Counted from the stretch's first letter, positions 48,283 to 59,370 are shown. The stretch is DNA of 64,000 bases from Candidatus Ryanbacteria bacterium CG10_big_fil_rev_8_21_14_0_10_43_42 (GCA_002793915.1 PFEF01000008.1:18159-82158), one strand, 5' to 3'. Notes: generated by a model not told the origin, from the letters alone. Program-made: numbers and translations.

Positions 48283-50925
48283 ATGGTTTCTTCCCAAAAA
48301 ATAGAGCAACCGCGCAAGCTTCTTATTCTTCTGGATACGCATGCTCTTATTTACCGTGCATTTCACGCCTTACCTCCGCTTACATCACCGGCGGGGAAAC
48401 CCGTAGGAGCTGTGTATGGTGTCGCTAACATTGTTCTTAAAATGCTGAAGGAGTATAAACCTGATTACATTGCCGCCGCATTCGATCGTGCGGAACCGAC
48501 ATTTCGCCATGATGCCTATGACGGTTATAAGGCGCAACGGGAAGAAGCGCCAGACGATCTCATTGCTCAATTCGGTACCACACGCGAGTTAATGGACGCA
48601 TTTCATATTTCGACTTATGATGTTCCCGGTTTTGAAGCTGACGATATGATTGGCACCATCGTAACCCGTGTTTTAAAAGATACGGATGATGTTGATATTC
48701 TTATTATATCGGGAGATGCGGATTTACTTCAGTTGGCGGATGAAGATCGTGTGCGGATATATCGGCAGGGAAATAAAAACGTATCCGACACAACGCTTAA
48801 TGCGGCGGGTGTGCGAGAAAAATATGGATTCGGACCGGAGCATATTGCGGATTATAAAGGATTAAAGGGGGATTCTTCGGACAATATTAAGGGTGTGCCG
48901 GGTATTGGGGATAAAACGGCAACGGCTCTCATTATGGAATTCGGAAGTATTGAAAATATTTACAAAGCGCTTTCCAGAAAAGATGCCTATCCGGCATTAT
49001 TTAAACCGCGCGTGGTACGCGCTCTGGAAGAGTATAAGGAAGATGCTTTTTTTAGCCGTGACCTGGCGCGTCTCCATACGGAAGCACCTATATCTTTTGA
49101 TCTTGAAAAAACATACTGTCCCCGGTTTGATACGGAACATGCTTATACTTTTTTGGAACAGCAGGGATTTCGCAGCCTTTTAGCGCGTTTGCCCAACGAA
49201 AACGGAAAAAAGGAGGAGGTGCTGGAAGATAAAAGCACTAAGCATAACGTGCATCAATGCACAAAAGATACGGAGGAAATGTTCATAAAGAGTGTTTCGA
49301 ATATGCCGATAGTAGGATGGCTTCCTGACGAAGACCGCACCGGCGTTTTGATAGGAGATAAAAAAATGATATGGCATATTTCCGCCAAGGAATGTTTTCG
49401 CATGAAAAAAATGATACGGGACCTATTTAGCGATGCCGCTAAAAAGCATATTGCCCACGAAGCAAAAGATTTAATACACATCCTGCATGCGGCGGGCGTG
49501 GATTATGTTGCATTTGCCCATGATACGGGTATAGCCGCATGGGTTTTAGATCCCATCGAGCGGGACCTTACCATTAATGCTTTGGCGGATATGTATTTGG
49601 GAGTGGAATTGAAAGCATATGAAGAAGGTGTACTTTATTTGGAGGATATTACAAAAAAACAGGAGCAAAATCTTATAGCCGATAAGGTGGATAATGTATT
49701 TTATACAATAGAACTTCCTCTTATACCGGTACTTGCACGCATGGAAGAAACAGGTATAGCGCTTGATACAAAAGAGTTAGCCGTATTTTCCCGTAGGTTG
49801 GAAAAGCGCATAACGGAACGAGAAAAAACGATATATGCGCTTGCGGGAGAAGAGTTTAATATAAACTCGCCGAAACAACTTTCTGAAATTTTATTTGATA
49901 CCATCGGCATTATGCCGGAGCGCATGAAAAAAACAGAGGGAGGAGCTCGCTCTACGCGTGCATCCGAACTTGTAAAAATGAAGGATATGCATCCGATTAT
50001 CGATGAAATTTTGAGTTACCGGGAGGAAGCGAAACTTAAGTCGACTTATGTAGATGTTCTTCCGGTTCTTGTACATAAGGATACGGGACGCATCCACGCC
50101 ACGTTTAATCAAACGGGAACCGTAACAGGGCGATTATCATCGCAGGATCCTAATTTACAAAATATTCCTATTAGAACGCCGTTAGGACAGGAGATTCGCC
50201 GTTCCTTCGTAGCGTCTCCGGGATATGTATTCATCGCGTGTGATTATTCGCAAATCGAACTTCGCCTCGTAGCATCTCTTTCGGGGGATGAAAAAATGAT
50301 AACGGCGTTTAAGAACGGGGAAGATATCCATACCCGTACAGCGGCGGCCGTACACGCGGTTTCGCTCAAGGAAGTAACGTCCAGTATGCGTCGGGCGGCA
50401 AAGGTTATTAACTTCGGTATTCTCTATGGCATGGGGGCGGTAAGTCTTGCCGAGAATCTTGGCATAACGCGTAAAGAAGCGGATGTGTTTATAAAAGCAT
50501 ATTTTGCGGAATTTCCGCGCATAAAGGAATACATGAATGAACTTAAGGAACAAGCCGAAGAAGAGGGATATGTTGAGACATTATTTGGACGCAGGCGATA
50601 TTTTAGGAATATGGCATCTTTAGGATGGCAGGCGCGGCGGGAAGCGGAGCGCATGGCTATTAATGCGCCCATTCAGGGATCGGAAGCGGATATTATGAAA
50701 ATCGCAATGATACAGATAGCGGAAAAACTCAAAAAGGAACAAAGTAATAATACCGTGCGTCTTCTTATTCAGGTACATGACGAATTGCTGTTTGAAATAA
50801 AAGAAGACTTAGCAGATCATTACGCAAAAAAGATCGCATCCATTATGGAATCCGTATGCACGCTCGCCGTACCGCTTACGGTAGACAGTAAAAGAGGAAA
50901 AAACTGGTATGAATTGAGTGTATAA
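48283..50925 (+). CDS. polA: DNA polymerase I
   Basis: 5'-3' exonuclease (YRAFHA, EADD, GDSSDNI.GV.GIG.KTA); polymerase motifs TGRLSS..PNLQNIP, DYSQIELR, QVHDEL. Confidence 0.97.
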   Translation: MVSSQKIEQPRKLLILLDTHALIYRAFHALPPLTSPAGKPVGAVYGVANIVLKMLKEYKPDYIAAAFDRAEPTFRHDAYDGYKAQREEAPDDLIAQFGTTRELMDAFHISTYDVPGFEADDMIGTIVTRVLKDTDDVDILIISGDADLLQLADEDRVRIYRQGNKNVSDTTLNAAGVREKYGFGPEHIADYKGLKGDSSDNIKGVPGIGDKTATALIMEFGSIENIYKALSRKDAYPALFKPRVVRALEEYKEDAFFSRDLARLHTEAPISFDLEKTYCPRFDTEHAYTFLEQQGFRSLLARLPNENGKKEEVLEDKSTKHNVHQCTKDTEEMFIKSVSNMPIVGWLPDEDRTGVLIGDKKMIWHISAKECFRMKKMIRDLFSDAAKKHIAHEAKDLIHILHAAGVDYVAFAHDTGIAAWVLDPIERDLTINALADMYLGVELKAYEEGVLYLEDITKKQEQNLIADKVDNVFYTIELPLIPVLARMEETGIALDTKELAVFSRRLEKRITEREKTIYALAGEEFNINSPKQLSEILFDTIGIMPERMKKTEGGARSTRASELVKMKDMHPIIDEILSYREEAKLKSTYVDVLPVLVHKDTGRIHATFNQTGTVTGRLSSQDPNLQNIPIRTPLGQEIRRSFVASPGYVFIACDYSQIELRLVASLSGDEKMITAFKNGEDIHTRTAAAVHAVSLKEVTSSMRRAAKVINFGILYGMGAVSLAENLGITRKEADVFIKAYFAEFPRIKEYMNELKEQAEEEGYVETLFGRRRYFRNMASLGWQARREAERMAINAPIQGSEADIMKIAMIQIAEKLKKEQSNNTVRLLIQVHDELLFEIKEDLADHYAKKIASIMESVCTLAVPLTVDSKRGKNWYELSV

Positions 50926-50970
50926 ATTTACGTATGTTATGGCTACACTATTTGTCCATGATACAATACA

Positions 50971-52191
50971 GTGATGGAATCTTCGGAAAAAAACGTCACA
51001 TCCGTACAAAAGCAATATATGGAATTTGACTCACGAAGAGTTTCGGTTACAAACTCGTTATTTTTTCGCATTTTTATATCCATTTTCGGCCTCTCCATTA
51101 TTCCGGTTATTGTTTCGGGCATTCTCATAGCGGCGGCATATCAAGCCATTTTACGGGATTATGTACACGGCGGTATCCTGGCGATTGTAGAGCAGAATGT
51201 TCGTATTCAATTTTTATTAATTCTTCTTTTTATTGTTATTCTTGTTTCATTTTTTTCTTTTATTCTGGCACGCAGTATTACACGTCCCATACAGTTATTG
51301 ATTAGCGCCACGCGCCGCATTACGGATGGCGATATGAATATACGCATTAAGCTTGATAGGAAAGATGAAATTGGAAAACTTGCCACATTTTTTAATATTA
51401 TGGTTCAACGCTTTGTTGAAACACAAAAAAGAAATACAGCCATATCACGCATTAAATCACAGTTTGTATCTGTGACGGCGCACCAACTGCGTACACCGCT
51501 TTCGGCCCTTAAGTGGACAATACGTATGCTTCTTGACGGCGATATAGGGACACTGCAAAAACGACAAAAAGATTTGCTTATGCGCGGATACGATACAAAT
51601 GAGCGCATGATACGATTGGTGAATGATTTTTTGAATGTTTCGCGTATCGAGGAGGGGCGATATGGGTTTCATTTTGATAAGATACAGATAAGAACGAGTA
51701 TTAGTGAGGCTATTGAGGGAGTTTCTCTTGATGCCGCACGCCGACACGTTGCCATATCCACCGATCTGAAAATCCCTGAAGATCTTGTGATTGTTGCCGA
51801 TAAAGAACGTCTTCATACCGTATTTACCAACGTTCTCGATAACGCGGTGAGATACAGTAAAGAGAACGGTTCCGTTATCGTATCGGCATTTATGCGTCCG
51901 GACGAATTACTGCAAGTAGATATTACCGATACGGGCATAGGTATTCCCGCGGAGGAACGCGACCGCATATTTACGCGCTTTTACCGTGCATCAAATGCCA
52001 CGCGGCATCAAACAGATGGATCGGGACTGGGATTATTTATCGTACAAAATATTGTCGAACGTCATGGAGGCACGGTGTGGTTTACTTCAGAGGAGGACAA
52101 GGGAACAACTATTTCTTTTACCCTACCAAGTGATGGTAGGGATTTAAACGAGAAAAAGGATTCGTTTAAGGAATTTATGGACGCTGTATAG
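50971..52191 (+). CDS. HAMP-domain sensor histidine kinase
   Basis: Two TM helices, HAMP, AHQLRTPL, NVLDNAVRYS, DTGIGI, GSGLGL. Confidence 0.93.
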   Translation: MMESSEKNVTSVQKQYMEFDSRRVSVTNSLFFRIFISIFGLSIIPVIVSGILIAAAYQAILRDYVHGGILAIVEQNVRIQFLLILLFIVILVSFFSFILARSITRPIQLLISATRRITDGDMNIRIKLDRKDEIGKLATFFNIMVQRFVETQKRNTAISRIKSQFVSVTAHQLRTPLSALKWTIRMLLDGDIGTLQKRQKDLLMRGYDTNERMIRLVNDFLNVSRIEEGRYGFHFDKIQIRTSISEAIEGVSLDAARRHVAISTDLKIPEDLVIVADKERLHTVFTNVLDNAVRYSKENGSVIVSAFMRPDELLQVDITDTGIGIPAEERDRIFTRFYRASNATRHQTDGSGLGLFIVQNIVERHGGTVWFTSEEDKGTTISFTLPSDGRDLNEKKDSFKEFMDAV

Positions 52192-52239
52192 TCATGTTGC
52201 GTCATGATAGTATAAGATATACGCTAAATACCGATCATT

Positions 52240-53067
52240 ATGAAAAAGCGCATTCTTGTTGTTGAGGACGAAAAAGATCACCTGAATATTATGGTGCATA
52301 AACTAGAACTTGAGGGATATGAAGCGCTTTCAGCGGAGGATGGCGCGGAAGGACTTCGTATGATAGAGGAAGAAAAACCGGATCTGGTGCTTTTGGATGT
52401 TGTACTGCCTTCGATGGACGGGTTTGAAGTATTGACTCGCATGCGCGAAAAAGGCATCACAATACCTGTGATTATTGTTTCAAATTCGGGGCAACCCGTA
52501 GAAATTGACCGCGGAACGGCATTGGGAGCGAAGGACCATCTTGTAAAAGCAGAGTTCAATCCGGGAGACGTTATAGAAAAAATTCGTATTCAGCTGGGGG
52601 AAGTGTCTTTATCGGAGGAGGAGAAGGAGAAAAAGAATCACGAGTCGTCCAGTAACGTTCCTATAGCGCATTATGTGCAAAATAAGGAAACAATTATTTT
52701 AATTGTTGAGGATGATAAATTTCTTCGGGACCTCATTGTGAATAAATTTTCGAAAGAAGGATTTACGGTACATGAGGCCGTCGATGGAGAAATGGCGTTA
52801 TCCGTATTGCAGAAAGTCGCGCCGCAAATAATTCTCCTTGACCTACTTCTTCCGGGAATAGACGGATTTGAAGTTCTTCGGCGATTACAAGCGGATGAAA
52901 AACTTTCCGCTATTCCCGTTGTTGTCTTAAGTAACTTGGGTCAGCAGGAGGATATGGATAGGGCACGTTCATTGGGTGCGCGAGATTTTCTCATAAAGGC
53001 GCAATATACGCCAGGTGAGATTATTGTGCATATAAAGAAAATTCTTAGCGAAGCATACATTAATTAA
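52240..53067 (+). CDS. Response regulator with two tandem receiver domains and no output domain
   Basis: Two REC domains (ILVVED..LLD..LP..DGFEVL..SN..K). Confidence 0.9.
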   Translation: MKKRILVVEDEKDHLNIMVHKLELEGYEALSAEDGAEGLRMIEEEKPDLVLLDVVLPSMDGFEVLTRMREKGITIPVIIVSNSGQPVEIDRGTALGAKDHLVKAEFNPGDVIEKIRIQLGEVSLSEEEKEKKNHESSSNVPIAHYVQNKETIILIVEDDKFLRDLIVNKFSKEGFTVHEAVDGEMALSVLQKVAPQIILLDLLLPGIDGFEVLRRLQADEKLSAIPVVVLSNLGQQEDMDRARSLGARDFLIKAQYTPGEIIVHIKKILSEAYIN

Positions 53068-53102
53068 ATGTTTTAAATGAAGCCTGCGGATATATTCTAA
53101 TT

Positions 53103-54026
53103 ATGCTGTATTTTTTTTATGGGGACGATACATACCGGAGTCGGAAAAAACTTCGTGAGATTGAAGACCGTTTTCACGCACTTATGGGAGGAAAAGAGGC
53201 AAGTGTACGCATTGAAGCCGCATCGGAAGAGATTGCCTATATGCGTCGTACTATCGAAACACCATCACTGTTTCGCGATAAGCGTCTCATTATTATAGAA
53301 GGAAGTCGCGAAGCGTCGGCGGATATTCGGGAATATGTGGAAGAGCGCGTCCCGGCATATGCCGCCGATGAGGATGTGTATGTACTGTGGGAGAGGGGAC
53401 TGGGAGATTCATGTAAAAAATTTGTTTCATTGGTAAAACAATACGCGACGAAAACACAGGAATTTAGCTCTTCGTCTTCGGTGGGAATACGTTCTTTTTT
53501 GGAAAGTGAGTTGCAGAGGCGGAAAAGAACTCTACCGGCCGATAAGAAACAGGAATTACTTGCGTATGCCGGAGGAGATTCTTGGCGTCTCGTCAATAGT
53601 CTTGATAAGGTTCTTTTGGAAGGAGACGGTGACACACATGAACGGGTATCCGGGCAGAAGGAATCCAATATATTTTTATTTACGGACGCCGTCGGTATGC
53701 GAAAAAAAGATCAAGCGTTTCAATTGTTTCATCAGTTTAAGGAAGAAGGTATGGCGCCGGATCAGATATTACGCGCACTGGCATGGCATGTGCGCGTTCT
53801 TGCTGTTGTTGCCGATCTTGTAGCGCACGGTGAACGGGAAAGTGATATTGCACGCCAGGCAAAACTTCATCCCTTTGTAGTTAAAAAGGCCATAATGCAA
53901 AGCAAGAAATTTAGCTTAGCGGAGCTTTCAAATTTTTATAATCGCCTCTCTTTGTTGGATACGAAAACAAAAGAAAACCGAGGGGATATATCCCTCGGCC
54001 TTCTGGATGTACTGCTTGCATTATAA
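53103..54026 (+). CDS. holA: DNA polymerase III delta subunit
   Basis: MLYFFYGDD, PSLF..KRLIII, NIF..TDA, LHPFVVKK; adjacent to rpsT. Confidence 0.85.
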   Translation: MLYFFYGDDTYRSRKKLREIEDRFHALMGGKEASVRIEAASEEIAYMRRTIETPSLFRDKRLIIIEGSREASADIREYVEERVPAYAADEDVYVLWERGLGDSCKKFVSLVKQYATKTQEFSSSSSVGIRSFLESELQRRKRTLPADKKQELLAYAGGDSWRLVNSLDKVLLEGDGDTHERVSGQKESNIFLFTDAVGMRKKDQAFQLFHQFKEEGMAPDQILRALAWHVRVLAVVADLVAHGERESDIARQAKLHPFVVKKAIMQSKKFSLAELSNFYNRLSLLDTKTKENRGDISLGLLDVLLAL

Positions 54027-54027
54027 A

Positions 54028-54291
54028 TTAGGATCCTTTCTGTATGAGTTTTGCGAGGTAGGATTTTTTACGAGATGCAGTATTTTTTTTGAGAACATTT
54101 GTCTTTGCCGCCTTATCAATTGCTTTATACGCTTTTGGAAGGAGTACCACGGCTTCCTCTTTTTTACCCGCCTCCACAAGTTTTTTAATGTCTTTTGCGG
54201 TATCTCGAAAGGCCCGTGTTTTTTTCAGGTTTTGGATGCGGCGTTTTTCTGATTGTCGCAGGTCTTTAATTTGTGATTTTATATTCGGCAT
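54028..54291 (-). CDS. rpsT: 30S ribosomal protein S20
   Basis: MPNIKS..K.LRQS, IDKAAK...KKNTASRKKS. Confidence 0.96.
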   Translation of the reverse strand: MPNIKSQIKDLRQSEKRRIQNLKKTRAFRDTAKDIKKLVEAGKKEEAVVLLPKAYKAIDKAAKTNVLKKNTASRKKSYLAKLIQKGS

Positions 54292-54331
54292 AGTTTTACG
54301 ACTATAGCATATATACGGTTAATGTCAAAAC

Positions 54332-56257
54332 CTAAATACGGGTGAGTATATCGCGCAGTTTTGCCGCTCGTTCAAAATCCAAGTTTGCCGCCGCGTCCAG
54401 CATTTCGTCTTCCAGTTCCTTTTTTAATTCCGTTACCGACCGTTTTTCTGTTTTTACGCGTCTAACAGCATCTTCAATTGTTTCCTCTTTTGCATGTTCA
54501 GGAAACCATTCCCGGACATCTTTTTGTATGGCGTGGGGAATAATGCCATGCTTTTTATTGTATGCGTTCTGTTTTTTGCGCCGGCGTTCCGTTATGCCCA
54601 TAGCGCTTTTCATGGAATCCGTTATGGTATCGGCGTACATAATAACGCGTCCCGACAAATGGCGCGCGGCGCGTCCCATTGTTTGTATGAGTGTTGTTTC
54701 ATTGCGTAGAAACCCTTCTTTGTCGGCGTCCAGAATGGCTACCAGGGAAACCTCCGGCATATCAAGTCCCTCTCGCAGAAGGTTAATACCAACGAGGGCA
54801 TCAAATGTTCCAATGCGGAGCTTATTGAGAAGCGCGGGGCGTTCCAGTGTTTTTATGTCGGCATGAATATATTCGGCCTTAATACCGGCATCTCTAAGAT
54901 AATCCGCAATATCTTCCGCAAGTCGTTTTGTTATAGTAGTTACAAGTGTTCGTTCTCCCCGTTTGGAGCGTATTTTTATTTCCTGAATCAGGTCCTGAAT
55001 CTGGTTTTTTGTGGGGCGTATTTCTATTTCAGGATCCAGTAGTCCGGTGGGGCGTATGATTTGTTCTATAACGGGACCTTGTTTTAATTCGTATGAACTC
55101 GGAGTAGCTGATACATATATTGTTTGTGATACTTTTTCTTCGAATTCGGCGAATTGGAGAGGACGGTTATCAAGCGCCGATGGTAATCGAAATCCATGAT
55201 CAACGAGAGTGCGTTTTCGTGCCTGATCTCCGTTATACATGCCGCGAATTTGGGGAAGCGTAATGTGTGACTCGTCGATAAAAACAAGGTAGTCATCCTT
55301 AAAATAATCAAATAAGGTATATGGCGGATCTCCCTTTTTTCGGAATGATAAATGACGGGAATAATTTTCAACACCAGACAGATATCCGGTATTTTTAAGC
55401 ATTTCCATATCAAATCGCGTGCGTTGTTCCAAGCGTTCAGCTTCTAAAAGTTTTCCGTTTTTGCGAAAGACGGCAAGTTGTTCTTCCAGTTCGGTATAAA
55501 TATTTGCAACAGCTGTGTCTATTTTTTCCTGTGGCGTGACGAAATGTTTTGCCGGAAATATACGCATGTCTTTTTGTGTGGAGGTGTTATTTATGCGGTC
55601 AATCTGATTGCCAAAAAATTCGATTGTCGTTATTTCCATGCCGGTTGGAGAGGTAATGGTTACCTTCTCTCCTTTCGCCGTGAATGTTCCGGGAAGGCTT
55701 TGTATGTCATTTCGGGTATATTGAAGAGTGGCAAGCGTTCGTAGGAAATCCTGCCGGCTAAGGGTTTCTCCCACACGAATGCGCGCACTCATGGCATCAT
55801 ATTCACGCGGATCCCCAATGCCGTAAATGCAGGAAACGGAGGCGACAATAATAACATCTTTACGGGAAAGAGCGGATTGTGTGGATGCGTGCCGTAGACG
55901 GTCGATAAATTCGTTTATACTCGCATCCTTTTCTATATAGGTATCTGTTTGGGGAATATATGCTTCCGGCTGATAATAATCGTAGTAAGATACAAAATAG
56001 TGTACGGCGTTTTCCGGAAAGAACTCCTTAAATTCCTGATAAAGCTGTGCGGCAAGAGTTTTATTATGGGAAAAAATGAGGGTTGGTTTTTGAATACGCT
56101 CAATAACATTCGCCATGGTGAATGTTTTTCCGGACCCCGTAACACCCAGAAGTGTTTGATAGGGCTTTCCTTCCCGAATACCGGCCGCTAAGCTTTCAAT
56201 AGCAGTGGGCTGATCTCCGGTAGGTTTGAATGGTGATGAGAGATGAAATTTTGACAT
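54332..56257 (-). CDS. uvrB: Excinuclease ABC subunit B
   Basis: GVTGSGKT, YFVSYYDYYQPEAY, DESH, GRAAR, UVR domain. Confidence 0.98.
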   Translation of the reverse strand: MSKFHLSSPFKPTGDQPTAIESLAAGIREGKPYQTLLGVTGSGKTFTMANVIERIQKPTLIFSHNKTLAAQLYQEFKEFFPENAVHYFVSYYDYYQPEAYIPQTDTYIEKDASINEFIDRLRHASTQSALSRKDVIIVASVSCIYGIGDPREYDAMSARIRVGETLSRQDFLRTLATLQYTRNDIQSLPGTFTAKGEKVTITSPTGMEITTIEFFGNQIDRINNTSTQKDMRIFPAKHFVTPQEKIDTAVANIYTELEEQLAVFRKNGKLLEAERLEQRTRFDMEMLKNTGYLSGVENYSRHLSFRKKGDPPYTLFDYFKDDYLVFIDESHITLPQIRGMYNGDQARKRTLVDHGFRLPSALDNRPLQFAEFEEKVSQTIYVSATPSSYELKQGPVIEQIIRPTGLLDPEIEIRPTKNQIQDLIQEIKIRSKRGERTLVTTITKRLAEDIADYLRDAGIKAEYIHADIKTLERPALLNKLRIGTFDALVGINLLREGLDMPEVSLVAILDADKEGFLRNETTLIQTMGRAARHLSGRVIMYADTITDSMKSAMGITERRRKKQNAYNKKHGIIPHAIQKDVREWFPEHAKEETIEDAVRRVKTEKRSVTELKKELEDEMLDAAANLDFERAAKLRDILTRI

Positions 56258-56402
56258 AATAACGTAGCCATTATACAGTATGGTGAGGAAATGAAAAGGA
56301 ATGGAAATTATCTATAAGCGAGCCGCGGCTTCGCTTTTTTCTTTCATTAAAAAAACCTATACTACCAATATATCCTGACCGTTAGCATCTAATACTGAAC
56401 AT

Positions 56403-56987
56403 ATGATATCACGCATTGAAGGCATGATTGTACTCAAGGGAAATCGGTTTCTTGTTATAGATGTGGGCGGCGTGGGGTATAAGGTGTTCGTAGCGCCCGA
56501 GACCCTTAGAGCCATTCCGTCAGATCAGGGTTCTATAGCATTGTGGACGCATACGCATGTGAAGGAAGATGTTTTGGATTTATACGGATTTCCAACTTTT
56601 GCTGAAATGAGTTTCTTTGAGACGCTCATTTCGGTTTCCGGCGTAGGACCGAAATCAGCGCTGGGTATTTTGGGTGTTGCTCCTCTCGATACCCTGAAGC
56701 GCGCAATAGCATCGGGAGAGACGATATATCTTACCAAGGTGTCCGGTATCGGTAAACGTGTGGCGGAAAAAATCATAGTGGAGTTACGAGATAAGCTAGG
56801 TGGAGACACGATGAGTGATGAGGTGCGTGAGACTATGCAGGGAGATGCCGATGTTATTGATGCTCTTCTTGCTATGGGATACGGTCAGCGAGAAGCACGC
56901 GAGGTTATTCAGAAAATTCCGGCAGACATTACGGAAACAAAAAAACGTCTCGCGGAAGCACTTAAAATTATGGGAAAAGGACAATAG
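56403..56987 (+). CDS. ruvA: Holliday junction DNA-binding protein RuvA
   Basis: VGGVGY, LYGF, VSGVGPKSAL, GIGKR.AEKI..EL, AL..MGY. Confidence 0.96.
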   Translation: MISRIEGMIVLKGNRFLVIDVGGVGYKVFVAPETLRAIPSDQGSIALWTHTHVKEDVLDLYGFPTFAEMSFFETLISVSGVGPKSALGILGVAPLDTLKRAIASGETIYLTKVSGIGKRVAEKIIVELRDKLGGDTMSDEVRETMQGDADVIDALLAMGYGQREAREVIQKIPADITETKKRLAEALKIMGKGQ

Positions 56988-56991
56988 TATT

Positions 56992-58269
56992 ATGCAGGAA
57001 CCGACAGAAACAATATTGCGTTTTTTCCGCCGCTTAATTCCGGAGCGGCTCTTTATTATATTTCAGCCGTACTACCATAAAATTCTTTCGGGCTTTGCTT
57101 CTATGCTTTATCGCCGACCGTCGAAGAATCTTATCGTTATAGGTGTTACCGGTACAAACGGAAAATCAACTACGGTAGAGTTTCTTTCCGAAATTCTTAC
57201 GGAGGCTGGGTATCGTGTGGCGTCGACATCCTCTATTCGTTTTCGTATTCACGACCGTGAAAAAACAAATACAGCGAAGATGACTATGCCGGGGCGGTTT
57301 ACATTACAAAAGTTTTTACGCAGTGCTGTGCGCGCCGGATGCACGCATGCGGTTCTTGAAGTAACATCCCAGGGTATACGGCAATTTCGGCATGCAAATA
57401 TTGATTTTACTATAGCGGTTATTACAAATATAACCCCCGAACACATAGAATCACACGGATCTTTTGAAGAATACAGAAAAGCAAAGGCGGAGCTGTTTGC
57501 TTTGGCACCTATTCACGTTCTTAACAAAGACGATAAAGAGACGTACGATCATTTTTTGCGCATACCCGCTGATGAGCGGCATGTGTACAGTGTTCTGGAT
57601 ATTCCTAAAAAACTGCATCTGAAGATACCGGGTGAATTTAATAAAGAAAATGCGATGGCGGCCCTCACCGCGGCGCGTGTATTGGGTGTCGATGATAAAG
57701 TAAGTATGCGCGCCCTTTCACAAATAACATATATACCCGGGCGCCTGGAGATTATACAAGAAGAGCCGTTTGGTGTTGTAGTGGATTATGCTCATACGCC
57801 GGACGCACTGGAGAAGGTATACGAATCTTTTGATGTAGGCACGCATAAACTTATTTGCGTTCTAGGATCCACCGGTGGCGGGCGGGATACTTGGAAGCGT
57901 CCGGAACACGGACGCATTGCCGCGGAGCATTGCAATAGTATATTTCTTACCGATGAAGATTCTTATGACGAACCTCTGGATCATATTTTAAAAGATGTGG
58001 AAAGGGGTTTTTATAAAGCACCGTCCTTGCAGACAAAAAAACTTCATTATGAAAAAATTTCCGACAGAAAAAAAGCCATTGAAAAAGCCATTATGTCGGC
58101 ACAAAAGGGAGATGTTGTTATTATTACGGGGAAAGGTTCCGAATCGGTTATGATGGGGCCGGACGGTACGCGCATTCCTCACGATGATAGGGAGGTGGTA
58201 CGCACGATACTGGCACAAAGGAAAAAAAATCATGGAAATGGAAAAGGAGGTCTATCTCATACTGCATAA
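56992..58269 (+). CDS. murE: Mur ligase (MurE-like)
   Basis: GVTGTNGKST, EVTSQG, TNITPEH, GRLE, VDYAHTPD, GKGSE; start refined to 56992. Confidence 0.85.
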   Translation: MQEPTETILRFFRRLIPERLFIIFQPYYHKILSGFASMLYRRPSKNLIVIGVTGTNGKSTTVEFLSEILTEAGYRVASTSSIRFRIHDREKTNTAKMTMPGRFTLQKFLRSAVRAGCTHAVLEVTSQGIRQFRHANIDFTIAVITNITPEHIESHGSFEEYRKAKAELFALAPIHVLNKDDKETYDHFLRIPADERHVYSVLDIPKKLHLKIPGEFNKENAMAALTAARVLGVDDKVSMRALSQITYIPGRLEIIQEEPFGVVVDYAHTPDALEKVYESFDVGTHKLICVLGSTGGGRDTWKRPEHGRIAAEHCNSIFLTDEDSYDEPLDHILKDVERGFYKAPSLQTKKLHYEKISDRKKAIEKAIMSAQKGDVVIITGKGSESVMMGPDGTRIPHDDREVVRTILAQRKKNHGNGKGGLSHTA

Positions 58270-58708
58270 TATCCGCAGTCTTCATAATGTAGGGTCCTTA
58301 TTTCGAACAGCGGATGCGGCCGGCGTTGCGGGTATTATCCTTACGGGGTACACATCAAAGCCGATTAGTGCACTCGGATATGTTCGTCCGGAGATTGCAA
58401 AAACAGCGTTGGGAGCGGAGCATGTCGTATCATGGAAATACAAAAAAAGCATAAGAAATGTCGTATGCCAGTTAAAAAAAGAGGGCGTTTCCGTTGTGGC
58501 GCTTGAGCAGGGTGAACAAGCGGTCGATTATAGAGCATACGTGCCAGCATATCCCATGGCGCTTATTGTCGGTAATGAGGTGCGTGGTTTGTCAAAAGCA
58601 TTACAGAAACAATGCGATACGGTTATTCACATTCCCATGCGGGGAGTAAAGGAGTCATTAAATGTTTCGGTGGCGGGAGGAATTGCTCTTTTTGAGCTAA
58701 TGCGCTAA
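58232..58708 (+). CDS. SpoU/TrmH-family RNA methyltransferase
   Basis: NVGSLFRTADA, GNEVRGL, IPMRG.KESLNVSVA. Confidence 0.92.
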   Translation: MEMEKEVYLILHNIRSLHNVGSLFRTADAAGVAGIILTGYTSKPISALGYVRPEIAKTALGAEHVVSWKYKKSIRNVVCQLKKEGVSVVALEQGEQAVDYRAYVPAYPMALIVGNEVRGLSKALQKQCDTVIHIPMRGVKESLNVSVAGGIALFELMR

Positions 58709-58778
58709 AGGTAATATATAGAACAACGTTGAAAACATATCTTGTTTTCCGTATATTGCATACCATATACTATATATC

Positions 58779-59354
58779 ATGAATGAAATCGTACTTGATA
58801 TCGAAACAAAAAAATCATTTCAGGAAGTGGGGGGAAAAAACAATATGCATCTCTTGGGCGTATCGGTCGTTGGCGTGTATCAGTATGCCGACGATTCATT
58901 TCGGGCGTATGAAGAAAAGGATTTTTCCGAACTTGAACAGGTCCTTAAAAACACATCGCGCGTTATAGGTTTTAACAGTAAATATTTTGATTTTCCTGTT
59001 TTACAACCACACATACAAATTGATTTAAAGTTGATTCCGCACCTTGATCTTATAGAGGCAACGCAAGATCACTTGGGTTTTCGCGTATCCCTCGATAATT
59101 TGGCAAAGATTAATTTAGGTGTGGGAAAAAGCGGGCATGGTTTGGATGCGATAACCTGGTGGCGGGAAGGGAACATAGAAGCCATTAAAAAATATTGCCT
59201 GGATGACGTTCGTATTACGCGTGATATTTATGAGTATGGAAAAAAACACGGTAAGGTGGCGGCGGAAACACGGACCGATCCGCGGGTAGATATACCGGTA
59301 CATTGGGAAATCGCAAAAGACGACCCGCGATATGTACAGGGATCTCTCTTTTAA
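58779..59354 (+). CDS. RNase H-like (YprB/DEDD) exonuclease-domain protein
   Basis: LDIET, GFNS..FD, YCLDDV. Confidence 0.85.
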   Translation: MNEIVLDIETKKSFQEVGGKNNMHLLGVSVVGVYQYADDSFRAYEEKDFSELEQVLKNTSRVIGFNSKYFDFPVLQPHIQIDLKLIPHLDLIEATQDHLGFRVSLDNLAKINLGVGKSGHGLDAITWWREGNIEAIKKYCLDDVRITRDIYEYGKKHGKVAAETRTDPRVDIPVHWEIAKDDPRYVQGSLF

Positions 59355-59370
59355 TACATAAGAAAGTGAA

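Noticed and set aside
56258-56402. LexA/SOS box between divergent uvrB and ruvA
   Set aside because: No CTGT-N8-ACAG or GAAC-N4-GTTC found; only a hairpin AAGCGAGCCGCGGCTTCGCTT of unclear role.
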